This document shows, in pieces, positions 1 through 12,800 of a stretch of DNA of 36,577 bases. A program made the translations under genes and the position numbers. Location of the stretch: contig NC_068997.1 in the NCBI RefSeq assembly GCF_001194135.2, forward strand, positions 7,942,848 to 7,979,424, read 5' to 3'. A model generated the notes under the pieces. That model searched no databases. It was not told the origin of the DNA and saw nothing but the letters and a program-made list of their open reading frames with translations. Source of the DNA: Octopus bimaculoides. Its lineage: Eukaryota. Numbering within the stretch: position 1 is the first letter of the stretch; each line of letters starts with the position of its first letter.

Positions 1-178
1 GGGGTAGCTGATGAAGGAAAATGTTCTCTATGTGGCCTGTATGTGTTTTGTACTCTGGTTATTATTATTTTTTTTGTCTACGTTTTGTTTGCAATGTCCT
101 GTACCCAGATATGCACTACAGGTAGACGTAGGTATGCACATACCTGTGCGTATATATGCATATACTTATTTATTATTT

Positions 179-218
<40 letters not shown>

Positions 219-370
219 CAAAGAATATAAACATGTATACACACATATATGTACATACATCTACATGTGTATATATATGCATATCAGGGTACAGGACGTT
301 AGTGTATGTATGTGTGTGTGTGTGTGTATATGCACAAACATATACAAATATACACACACGTGTGTGTGTA

Positions 371-558
371 GCTGTCCCCCACCACTGCTTGACAACCGGT
401 GTTGGCGTGTTACGTTCCCGTAATCTAGCGGTTCGGCAAAAGCGACCTATATTATTAGTACCAAGCTTAAAATAAAAGTACTGCAGTCGATTCTACAAAC
501 AATTCTTCAAGGCGGTGCCCCAGCATGACCGCAGTCTAATGCCTGAAACAAGTAAAAG
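371..558 (+). mobile_element. Family A SINE, 3' half
   Basis: cttgacaaccggtgttgg...gccccagcatgaccgcagtctaatgcctgaaacaagtaaaag aligns with the 17813 and 33665 copies. Confidence 0.8.
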
Positions 559-904
559 GTGAAAAAATGTGTGTTGCGTGTGTGTGAATGTGTGTGTGTG
601 TGTGTGCGCGCGCGCGCGCATGTGTAGTGAGTAAAAAAAAATCGATTAACTGAGTTTCTCCTAGTAAGTTCCTACAACTTGAATACTCATCGTCGACACT
701 GACGGAGGATCTATTTACTTACTGCTGTGAGTACACTGGTGTGAGATAAAGCATTTATTTGAGTGGGTGGGTAGCGACTGTGAGCAGCGCGATGGCGAAA
801 CAGTCACGGGGAAAACAAAAAAAAATAAATAAATAAATAAAAAAACAAACAAATAAGAGAAACAAACGAATAAATAATACAAAACAAAAGTGGGTGTGCT
901 ATGT

Positions 905-961
905 CACATGATATTGTGACGTCATGTCTTATCCGGAAGTGTAGGTTTGCAAAATGGCTGC
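905..961 (+). promoter_or_regulatory. Housekeeping-type core promoter motif cluster: CRE, ETS and YY1-like sites
   Basis: TGACGTCA 917-924, CCGGAAGTG 933-941 and CAAAATGGCTGC 950-961 (overlapping the start codon) lie within 45 bp. Confidence 0.6.
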
Positions 962-1029
962 GCAACCTGGTTTGTCTGTCGAATGCCAAGACGTGAAGAT
1001 TCTTAAACAAGAAATCTCCAAACTTTCAG
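954..1029 (+). CDS. ZC3H3: ZC3H3 exon 1 (MAAQPGLSVECQDVKILKQEISKLS-G)
   Basis: ATG at 954 in the context aaaATGG; donor CAG|gtaaaa at 1029/1030; phase 1 joins exon 2 to give the conserved LxGLI motif. Not in the supplied ORF track. Confidence 0.85.
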
Positions 1030-1564
1030 GTAAAAAGCAAATATATACACACACACACACACACATAAATACAGAACAAACGTAAAACACAAATATTTAT
1101 TACGTATAATTTGGTAAACGCCATTTTATTATAGAAACAATGTTTTTTTGTTTGTTTTTTTTTTCCTAAAATGGTTTCGAAAATTTTTATTCTTCAAAAT
1201 TAATGGCTCCCCCCCCAAATAACTACAAAATATTAACGAAAACCTGTAAAGGTTAATCTGTGTATTATTAGATCTTTAAAAAGAAATTGTTTTTAGTGAT
1301 CATATTTTNNNNNNNNNNNNNNNNNNNNNNNNNNNNNNNNNNNNNNNNNNNNNNNNNNNNNNNNNNNNNNNNNNNNNNNNNNNNNNNNNNNNNNNNNNNN
1401 NNNNNNNNNNNNNNNNNNNNNNNNNNNNNNNNNNNNNNNNNNNNNNNNNNNNNNNNNNNNNNNNNNNNNNNNNNNNNNNNNNNNNNNNNNNNNNNNNNNN
1501 NNNNNNNNNNNNNNNNNNNNNNNNNNNNNNNNNNNNNNNNNNNNNNNNNNNNNNNNNNNNNNNN

Positions 1565-1602
<38 letters not shown>

Positions 1603-2387
1603 TCTTTATCGAGAGTATATATAAAACTGTGTGTGTCATTTGTTCATTTTACTACTGAGAATAAAATGACTAATTGTAGAATTTGACAAGATTATTATGG
1701 GTGGAGTTTGAATTAAGCTCTTTTTATAGATTAGTTCTTTGTCACTGTTGAATTAAATTCTCAAATCTGTTTGGTTTTAAGTTGTTTTCAGTAAATCAGA
1801 AAAATGCTATGGTTTCGTGGAACACCAAAATGATTAGTATCAATAAATATAGCTGGCAACAAGTAAAAAGATATGAATAATTAAGTTGTATATTCTTTTG
1901 TTTCAACACAAATGAATCAGTAAATAGTTATCTAAATGAGTTTAGCCGTTGGTGTTTGGACTTCTCTGACCGATGTATTCCAGCCTTGACCAACAAGAGT
2001 TTTCCCCATCTACACAACCCAGAAGCACTATTAACTGACGTGTCTCTCTTTTGAAAATTGTAATGTGACGTGTGGGAAATTTGGCTGCTATTTTTAGCGT
2101 GTCTGACGACAACATCTATTCCTTCGGCGTGTTGTATATTTGTTTAGCTCGAAGTCAGCCTTATTTAGGGTCCAAGGTATTTCTGTTCTAACCAACCCAT
2201 TCTTCACCCCCTCCCAAACATACTACCTACGTCTGCAATACTCTAATACTTTCGCTGTTATTTGTAGCAATCTCAGCTACCATGCAGAGGTACCTTAGTT
2301 GGTCTATGTGTATCTTGAAACACCGTTCGTCTCTGGTCTTTCAAACCTTTGTGTCCGAGGAGTTTAGCAGCAGCAGCCGTCCTATCT

Positions 2388-2420
<33 letters not shown>

Positions 2421-5400
2421 ATAAGGTACATAGTACCTCATTAAGCAAGCATTTTAGTTTGAACGAGTTTTTGCTTGCTGACTTTCAAACAGGTGGAGCA
2501 ACTATGTTAAAAATCCTTCTTTTTATATATCAGCAAAAGGGCCCTTTTTTTTTTATCGCTGTCTCGATTTGCCTGTATTATTTTGTGTGTTCATCTTCTA
2601 TAACTTAAATCACAACCAAATTTGTTGACTTTTTTCCGTTTGCCAACTACATTCGATATTAAAAAGATGGTTGCTTTGTTGGCTAAAGAATAGCTTTAAT
2701 GNNNNNNNNNNNNNNNNNNNNNNNNNNNNNNNNNNNNNNNNNNNNNNNNNNNNNNNNNNNNNNNNNNNNNNNNNNNNNNNNNNNNNNNNNNNNNNNNNNN
2801 NNNNNNNNNNNNNNNNNNNNNNNNNNNNNNNNNNNNNNNNNNNNNNNNNNNNNNNNNNNNNNNNNNNNNNNNNNNNNNNNNNNNNNNNNNNNNNNNNNNN
2901 NNNNNNNNNNNNNNNNNNNNNNNNNNNNNNNNNNNNNNNNNNNNNNNNNNNNNNNNNNNNNNNNNNNNNNNNNNNNNNNNNNNNNNNNNNNNNNNNNNNN
3001 NNNNNNNNNNNNNNNNNNNNNNNNNNNNNNNNNNNNNNNNNNNNNNNNNNNNNNNNNNNNNNNNNNNNNTGTTTGCAGACTCGATATATCCTACGTTTTT
3101 AAACTTGTAATTTAGAAGCAAAAAAAAAATAAAATAATAATAATAATCAGAAAAAGGTTGAAATGAAGCAGTTACAACGGCCTAGAAACAAATTATGGGA
3201 CGTGAATAGGTTCATTAAAAAAACCGAAGTCGTGAAAATGATGTTTCCTTACCTATGGTCGTAATTTTTGTATGAAAATGAGTTCTGAAAAATAGTGTTA
3301 AAGAAAAATAAAGACAAAAAAGAGATGACCTTCTTGTATAGTAAAAAAAAAAAAAAAAAGTGGTGATGTGTGTTGGGAAGGCACTGGCGAAAAGATTCTA
3401 AAAGAAAAATGAAAAGAATCGTTATCTCCGATGTTTAAAGTAGGGAAATCTGAAATAAAGAAGTTAGAAAGGCAGGGCACATATCCTGGGCTAGCTGTTG
3501 TTATAATGTTTATTCGTTAGAGGACATGAAAACGGAATGTCATTTCAAAAGCGTAGGGTTTTTTTTTCCTCTCAACGTTAAAATAGGTCGATTCCTATTT
3601 TAGTAACACAAAAAAGGTGGAAAAAACATACAAGATGTGAAATGATAACTCAAAGTACGAACGATGAAATGAACTTGTACTACTACTACTACTACTACTA
3701 CTACATACATTGTGTGTGTGTACACAGAAACTGTTTCAAGAACACCACCTCCTCATTGTTTCAATGACTTTCTAAAATAGGAAGTAACACAAAAGCGTTC
3801 CAACTTTGACAATACATCGTCTGCATACAATATATATCTATTAATATACTTTTAAAATTTTACTTGTTTCTGTAACACATTATCATGTAAAATGATTTCA
3901 CACACACAAATATTCACAACAGGCTTCTTTCAGTTTCTGAAAACGTTGGCCTGGGCCCAAAGTAGAAGGTTTGTTCAAAGGTGCCATGGAGTAGGACTGA
4001 ACCCCAACACATGTGGTTGCAAGTTGAACTTCTTAAACCACTTAGTCATACCTTTGCCTTTTAAATGATATACTGATTGGATGGTCATGGTTGGAAAGTT
4101 TTTGTGTAATTTTAAAAGAATTCATAACATTTTCTTGATTTTAGTTTATGAAAATATCCAAAAATAAAACGAAAAGTAGTTTACATCAATGATATATTAA
4201 AAATATACATTCTCAGATAAAAAGAAAATTAAAAAAATAGAAAAGAATTTACCATGTTTACATAAGTTGGGTGTGGAAGTTTTCATCCAGAAATTATTTG
4301 TGGAATTCTCTGATGAGAGAGAAAAATAGAATTGGAAACATGACACAGCTTTAAAATATTTACATTTATAAAATCTGATGTTGATGATCTCTTGAAATGG
4401 TTTCAATAAATTCAAATAATAGAATGGATGTCACTTAGTTACATATATTTTTTGTCTTTGAGTTTTAACAAGCATTTAGCACTTTTTACCATTTTCAACT
4501 AATCCTTTATCATGTAGCTTTGAGGTTTCAATGATGTGGTTGTATATTTTCGAAATGACATTGTAGAGTAGGTATGAGAGGCAGGATCTAGCCAGATCAT
4601 GTTACCTATTCTAACCAGTTGTCCAGAATAATGCAGAGTATAGGTCATTAACAGTTAATCATAGCATACATTTGTTTTGTATTGTGTTTATGACTTGTTC
4701 CCAGGTCAAACTCTAGAATATTCTACTTCCTCATCCCATTCCTTTCTGATAAAACAAGCCTCTACACGCACACCCTGCCTGGCAATATCTAACTCTGTTT
4801 CTCTTTGTTTAGGTTTGATCCAAAAAGAAAAAGCACGAAGAGCATTAAGTACTTTCCAGAGTAACACCTTAAGTTTTTCTCGATTTTCTAATCGTTTTAC
4901 GAAATCTTCTCCCCCTCCAACGTTGCCCACCAAAACATTCAGGTCTGGTACCTACTCCAAAATGTGTTATTTGAATTCAAAACTGACACAGGCTAAACCT
5001 AATCAAACTTACCAAAACTCAGCTTCAACTTCAAAGACTGTTGCTTCTAATAATTACTCCAATACTCTTCAGTCTCATTCCCTTTCTTCCAAGTTTTCAT
5101 ATCCTTTCAAACCAAAGAATTCATATTCTATGTCAACCAAAATTCCCTGTTCATCATCATCATCATCATCACAAAGTAATAATGAAGTATCATCAACATC
5201 ATCATCACTATCTTCACCCAATAAATCACTGAGTTTATTTGAAGCAAAATCCAAAATGGTTAAAAATGCTCAGGAAGATCTCATTAAAACTGAGGCCAAA
5301 TTACAATGTCTAAAGACAACCTATGCGAAATTGTGTTCTTCAGCTCCATTCAGAACTGCTGCATGTCCAAACACAAATGTTCAAGAAATCATTCATCCTA

Positions 5401-7608
5401 AAGACACTGCAACTAAATCCATAACATCTCCAGTCAAAGAGAAACCTTCAGCACCTTCTCCAAAACCTGTTGCCATTAAACAGCCAACTTGTTTCAAGAA
5501 CACAACAAAAGCACATGCTATTAAACTGTCTCCAAAGACTTCTCACATTAAATCGGATGTTTCTCTCAAATCTTGGATTCAAATTCCATCTGCCAAAAAA
5601 GCACCTCTCGTACCATCGTCATTGACTGCAGTTCCTCGACATTTCTCTTCTCAACACCTATCCACAGTTACACAGAAACCAGTTCCGCAATCCTCTAAAA
5701 ATCTCAAATCTCCATTGGTGCAATGTCATCGGTATAAAATTGTCAGGAAACCTGGTGTAAAGAAGCCAACCACTCCATTGCCTAAAACTACCAAAATTTT
5801 TAAACAAAACAATCTTACGACCCCATTTAAGCTAATCAAGAACCAGTCTTCCTCCTCCTCACCGTCTTCCAGTGCAGTTGGTCTTCCCCTGAGAAAGACA
5901 GGGTATTCCTATTTTTCTTCAAAGAGCCTCTTGCGTGCAAGAGCTTTAAACCGAAATGCTAATTCTGTGATTGCCAAAGACTACAAAAAGAGGCTTGCTG
6001 CATTGTTAATTGATTTTGGCAAAGTTTCTTATCGCCCAAAGAAATTAGCTTCCAGCAACTTATCCAAACAGAAGATTGTCAGTGGTGAGTATTTTTTCAT
6101 AATTTTAAGTCTTTTGACTTTCTTTTAAAGTTTATTTTTTAAAATATCTCCACAGAATTTCTTCTTGTTGGCACTGATTTGCTCATTGTGCCAAACTGTT
6201 GATGTTTGCTTGACAAACTGTTGCAAAGAAACTGCTACTGGCGCTTTTCACTAACCTCTCTTTAATCCTTTTATTTTAATAAGTAAATCAAAATGAGAGA
6301 GTTGGTCCCCTGATCTTTTTAAACTATTCCAGAGTAACAAGTTAGTCAGTTTAAATGAACATCTGTAGATTGAGGGCTGTTGGGAAAATAGGGGGCAGGC
6401 TGAGAATTCCAGATTACAAAATCGGGGTGAAACAAAACTGGATGGCATGTAAGAGATGGGGGTTAGTCTGTGTGAAGCTGGTGTGTAGATGTTAGTTCAG
6501 AGGAGCACATCCTATTGTAGTAAATAATCATCATCATTATTTAGCATCTGTTGTCCCTGCTGGCATGGGTTGGACGGTTTGATCTGGGTTGGCACACTGG
6601 AAGGCTGCACCAGACTCCAGTCTGATTTAGCATGGTTTTCTATAGCTGGATGCCCTTCCTAACACGAACCACTCAGAGAGTGTAATGGGCTAGTAGTTGA
6701 AGTATATTGGTGAGGGAATCTTTACTAATCAGTTGAATGGGTTTTTTATTTTGATTGCTGTCAAGTGTGTGTGTGTGTGTACAGCAGTAGTTCTCTAATG
6801 TGAATCATATTTGAGTTTTGGAGAGGGGCAGCAAATGGTTATTCTATATTGATGAATCTTAGCTTTTGTGAGGCAATTCTGAAATATTTGATAATGGTAA
6901 GAGATGATCGGGCACCATAACATCATGTATTTGTGGAACTTTTAAATATTTCATTTATTCCTGATTAACCCCAGTCACTGTTGCACTTTCGATAGTCAGA
7001 TTGTGGGTTTGATTTCTGCACCAAATGGCGTGTTGTGTTCTTGAGCAAAACTCATTCCATATCATGTTGTTCTCGTTCTGTTTGGGGACCAGCATGTTAA
7101 AAGAATAGGCCCTGTATTTCCTCTGCATGCCATAAAAAAAGCAAATAAAAGGGATTGCGGTACAACCTTGTAAAGCCTCTACTAGCAACGACCACCCATG
7201 GGTTGTTGCCCTGAATGGTGCTGAGGCCTCTTCTGTCAGGACTGGAGAATCACCAATAAATGCTGGATGCAGCAATGTGCTGTTACAGTGCATACCCCTA
7301 TACAACAACAACAACAACCAGCCTTGATCCACCAAACTCACAATCAAAGGCCTTCCTAACCAGAACTTCCTGGTTTTATTTTCTAAGGGTATCTAAGGAT
7401 TCATTATCCACTGTATCCTTACTTTTTTTCCAGATGATGTGAAGTAAATTTGGTTGGTGTTACTATTCGGTTGAGCAACCATTTTAACGGCTCCTTGCAG
7501 GTCTCCATTCTGAAGGTTTTAGATTTTTATGTCTTTTCGGAAACAGACTAGATCATCCGTTTTGAAGTCACACTTGGACCTGATTATGTGTGTATGTGCA
7601 TGTTTGTT

Positions 7609-7659
<51 letters not shown>

Positions 7660-8258
7660 GTATGTATGTATGTATGTATATATATAGTTTATAGACAGGT
7701 GTTCTCTATATAGAATACACGTCAAAGTGCTCAAGAAATTTGATCTTGAGCCGTAGATGAGTAAATATGAGAAGCAAGTTAGGCAAGATGATTTACACAG
7801 AATATTTAATACATTTAATAGAAAAAATGTGCATGTGTTTGGGCATAAAATAGTCCGACCAAAGCCTTGTGAGTGGATTTGGTAGACGGAAACTGAAAGA
7901 AGTCCGTCGTATATATGTGTATATATGTATGNNNNNNNNNNNNNNNNNNNNNNNNNNNNNNNNNNNNNNNNNNNNNNNNNNNNNNNNNNNNNNNNNNNNN
8001 NNNNNNNNNNNNNNNNNNNNNNNNNNNNNNNNNNNNNNNNNNNNNNNNNNNNNNNNNNNNNNNNNNNNNNNNNNNNNNNNNNNNNNNNNNNNNNNNNNNN
8101 NNNNNNNNNNNNNNNNNNNNNNNNNNNNNNNNNNNNNNNNNNNNNNNNNNTATATATATATATATATATATAGCAAATAAAGTGGAGAGGATATGAAATT
8201 GACAGACATCAACTAGTAAATATTCCAGTATGTCTATTTATTCCAATGTATTGGATTG

Positions 8259-8292
<34 letters not shown>

Positions 8293-9771
8293 ATTAGTGG
8301 TACAGATTATCAAATAGAAAGAGTTGGTAATTGCAAAAACAAGGGTGTGGAAGCATATAGGAACGAGTGATCAAATGAGCAAATTGTCTATAAACCTGAA
8401 TGATGAAACACATGGCATATTATTGATAATATTTTTAACATTTAAATTTTTTTCCATTTCCAGCATCTGTTTGTCATACACCAAGTAAGAAGACTCTTGG
8501 AAAAACCAATATCCCACCAAAGTTCAAGTGAGTCATTTTTAAGTTGAAATTCTTGAATAGAGATGTGGAGTTTTTGCAGAAGAATTTATTAAAACCATGT
8601 CTACTATTATTTGATTTCCGAATACAAAAATGTCCGAACCTGCAATATCCAAATTCCCACTTTTTACAGCTAAGGCTACTACTTGTCTCTTGGTCAAATA
8701 AAACTAACAAAAAAAAACTCACAGATTGCTAATTTTGACCAAAGTCAAAGCATCAAAGATAACAGTAATACAGTAGTGGTGTGTTGCTCTTGTAGATTTC
8801 TCAAAACCATATCTCAGCTGCTAAAGTTCATTTATGGTTTTCTCTTAACTTGATGCTCACATATTAATGCCATTCTGACGGTAATTAATGGAGATTACTA
8901 CTACTACTACTACTACTTACATCTCTCTTTTCAAACCAGCCTGCTCGACACTGCACTCCTGGTTCTGTTGCTTCAGACTTCATGGTTTGAAGTGATCTAA
9001 ATTAGAAATTGCCAATCAGAATTTCAGGTCTTCTCTCTTACTAACAACTGTTATTTCACTGAATTCTGTGTCTAAATTAATTGAAACAAAGGCAATGTAA
9101 TTTTTGTGTGTGCTAATCAGACCACAGTGAGTGTTGTACCAAAGGAGAAATTCACAATTTGTTAAATATATCTCAAGAGTTACTTTGATTTTGAAAGGTT
9201 TAAAATGTTTTTCAATTTTAAACTGGGCAAAAAGCGTTTTATGTTTGTGATTTCCCAAACTTTTATTATTTTCCTATATCGACCCTTTATTATTTTCTTT
9301 GTATCAACCCTGAAATGCTATTTCTATGTTTTCATTTTCATGTTTGGTTTATGTTTTAATAAAAGGATGAAGATTGATCGACGTCGAAGACTATCTCGAA
9401 AGTACAGTCCATGTTTGCAGTTAAAATCATCACCTTTTTCTCTCAACAAGACGCCTTTGAAATTGAGTGGATATCGAAGGAGCTCTGCTGCTGCTGTTAA
9501 ACGTAAGGAACTTTAATAGTTTTTGTAAGTCAGTTTGAGTAAAGAAAAGCAGTTTCCAGGGAAGGAGATTACATAGACACGTAATCTCTGTTATGTAGCT
9601 TTTATTTTAAAGTGTTTTCACATCTTTTTTTTCTTTCAATGATACCTTAGATGGGAAAGGTTTTCCAATTGTTTTAACTTAAGCCATTTCATACAAAGGT
9701 AATAGCGAGAACACACTTTTAGTTGAGCTTAATCTGTGTTGTTTCAAATATACTTTGAAGAATTACAACAC

Positions 9772-9802
<31 letters not shown>

Positions 9803-12800
9803 CCTCCTTAGCAGTTTGGTTAAGCCTTCCTTATATCTTGTCTTTTATCTTTCTTTTCTACAGGTGCCCACTTTAGTAAATTTAACAGCCTGAAAACTAT
9901 TACAGTACGAGGAGTGAAATTTCATGTGGAAGCTGGTGGGAAGACACTCCGTCGAATGAATACCAAAACTGGATCAGGTAAGTTATGTAGATTGATATGT
10001 GGGGTTATTGCTGAAATGCTTCGTTTCTGAGTGTTAAATATTTCATTTGTGAGCAGAGCATCAGATAAAAACTAATTCACTGTAATGTTTTCCAAAAATT
10101 TGGATTGTTATTTCATTTCATATTAGTTTTTCTTGTTGGTAATTTAAATATTTTTGCTCAGAGATTTTATTGCAGTAAGAAGAGAAAATAATTTGCATAC
10201 TAATTACTTTTAATTGCAGGTTCTGCTTCTCGCTTGATGGGACTCAGAAAGCTGAATATTGCTGGTGTTGTGTATACTCAAACATCTGGTGGTATGTTGA
10301 AGAGAGTCGATAACCCAACAGTTGTTATGGCAAAGTGAGTTTATTGTCTCCTCTCATAATTTTATAAATATATCAAGTAAAATTGGGCCATAAATCTCTA
10401 ATTTCAAGCTGTTCCTTTTAACCTTTTTATTACTGAATTTTTAATTGAAATAGGGTGTGTTAACTTAATCCTAAAACCTGAATTTAGATTTGTTTTTTAA
10501 GCTTCATTTATTATAATATGTTGTAACATGAATTAAAAGGTTGTTTGCTTTTATTTAGAAACTTGAAAATAGAAAAACATTCTTCAGTTGTTTTTGTGAA
10601 GTTGCTTTATATTCCTTTGTGAAACCTCTTTAGATTTTAGAAAATTACTATTTTAAAATCTCACAACGTGAGATATTCAGCAACGATACTTTGTAGTAAA
10701 GATTGTTTGACAACATAACATGGCAGTCCTGGTTTAGGACGAATGTTGCTGTAATTTAGCCCCAGGAGACATCGTCTCCAGCTGNNNNNNNNNNTGTAAT
10801 TTAGCCCCAGGAGACATCGTCTCCAGCTGGCTATGACACGATCTGTGTCCTTATATTTTCGAACAAGGAAATCTAGCACCCCCACTCAGCTAGATTCCCT
10901 TGTTCGATGAAAGGAAATCGCGATACGCAGATATTGTTTTGAACTGAGTAGGGGTGCTTGATTCCCTTGTTCGAAAATATGACACAGATTGTGTCATATA
11001 GCTAGCTGGAGACGTTTCCTTGGGCTAAATTACAGCAACATTCATCCTAAAGCAGGACTGCCATGGTATGTTGGCAAACAATCTTTACTCTTAGATTTTC
11101 TTTTTAGAGAAATTGCAAGGAACAAGTTGATATTGTATCCTTAGTAGGGGCTAGACCATTTGTTAGATGCACCTCTACCTGCTGATTGCAATGTGTCTAA
11201 TAAAAGCAGGAAGATCGATTAGGTAATAAAGCATCAAGCTACCTGGCAAATGGTGAATTGTTAAAATGGTTCAGGTTTTGGGTTGAAGTATCTTTAAAAA
11301 AAAATGTTCTTTGCATCTTTACGTTTAATTTTACTCTTCTTAAAGTGTAAATGTTATTTCTTTCACGGCCGATTCTTTTGTTGTCATTTTAGTCGTGTGG
11401 TGACTCGAAGTATTGCCACGGCTGCAGCCAGACTACGGAAAGGTTATTCAAAGCCACCAGCGCAGAAGCCATGTTTGTTTTATAATCGATTTGGAAAGTG
11501 TAACAAGGGAAACGATTGTCCTTACGTTCATGATCCAAAGAAAATAGCCGTCTGCTATCGGTAAGTGTGTGTGTCTGGGTGCAGGGTCGGATGAATAGCC
11601 GAGTATGTGAAAAAAAAACTATTTGTAATTCAAAGGCCCAGCTTTTGCTTGTAATTTACATTAAGAGTGCAACTGTTTGTGGTATACTCAGGAAGTTGCA
11701 CGATAATGAAGACGTAGTTCCATGAATTGATAAATTTATAAATATTGTCAAACCGACAGCAGAATATCTATTTACTTTGTGTGTGTGTGTGTGTGTTGTA
11801 ACTATCTTGTCTTCTATTTTTTGTTCTAAAATATCACCTTTCTCCATCAGAATGATTCGAGGCGGTTGTAAAGTAGAAAATTGCCCATTCTACCATCAGC
11901 TTTCAAAGGAGAAGATGCCCAGCTGTTCTTACTTCCTGAAAGGCCAGTGTAATCGGGAAAACTGTATCTATCCACATGTCAAAGTGAATAAGAATGCCAT
12001 CATTTGCGAAGACTTCCTCAATGGCTATTGTAGTTTAGGAGAGAAGGTAGGTTGGTCGAGTTACCTCCCTTTTATAATAATGGCTTGACGCGCGTGTAAT
12101 GTCAGCATTTTAAATGGAAAAATATTAAGACAAATTTTTTGAGTTGGTTGATGCTTTCCCTTTAGTTTTGAAAGGTTCTTTTTGTATTTGAGCTGCGGAA
12201 ATAAAGAGGCACGCAATATTAAGCGTGTTATGTTTTATAGAACCTTTAAAATTAGGCATTTTATATATTGTTCCATTGGCTAAGAACTGGCCTTGCTATG
12301 ACCATTTAGTAGTTTTGCTATCACAGTTAAAAAAAAAGAAAAAATTGTATCACTTTTTACTCTAATTATTTTTAATTTTCAATCTCTAAATTTCTGAATC
12401 AACATTTGTTGATGAGATATGGAATGAACCAGAATACATAGAACAATCCATTATGAAATAGGTGTTGCCAAGTTGAAAGCTGTGGACACGTTGATTAGGA
12501 TTAAGATGATTAAGCTGTGGACACGTTGATTAGGATTAAGATGAGCTTTGTTGGTACATTTATGATTTCATTTAGATGATTACAATCCAAATGATATTTG
12601 AACTGGTTTTGTTTTGTTTTTTTGTTTTTAATCAAAAACCTAATTAGTCTTACCTCTAAAATTGTATGTAGATGTGACTTACTAAATTAATTACTAACCC
12701 AATTGATGTTTTCTTTTTACTTAGGTTCAAAGTTTCACATTTCTAGGTGAAGAGACGTGACATTTGTACCCTTATTTTTTTTTCAAAGGATGATAGCAAC

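Noticed and set aside
11-475. ORFs rich in YI/CV/HT here and at 7519-7734, 22000-22131, 24776-25023, 28194-29805, 31343-31990 and 33463-33735
   Set aside because: They are translations of (TA)n/(CA)n/(TG)n microsatellites or SINE sequence.
1268-3121. Long poly-X ORFs here and at 7793-8212, 28194-29140 and 32224-32748
   Set aside because: Artefacts of N gaps (1309-1564, 2702-3069, 7932-8150, 28284-28789, 32278-32644). The gaps could still hide small exons, especially of the minus-strand gene.
4677-4812. 5' part of the 483-aa ORF as an N-terminus
   Set aside because: It starts at a non-ATG codon inside the intron; the real frame enters at the 4813 acceptor from exon 1. Likewise 6085-6128 is intron.
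10750-10829. 35-bp direct repeat on either side of a 10-N gap
   Set aside because: Identical sequence flanking a minimal gap is the typical sign of unmerged overlapping contig ends.
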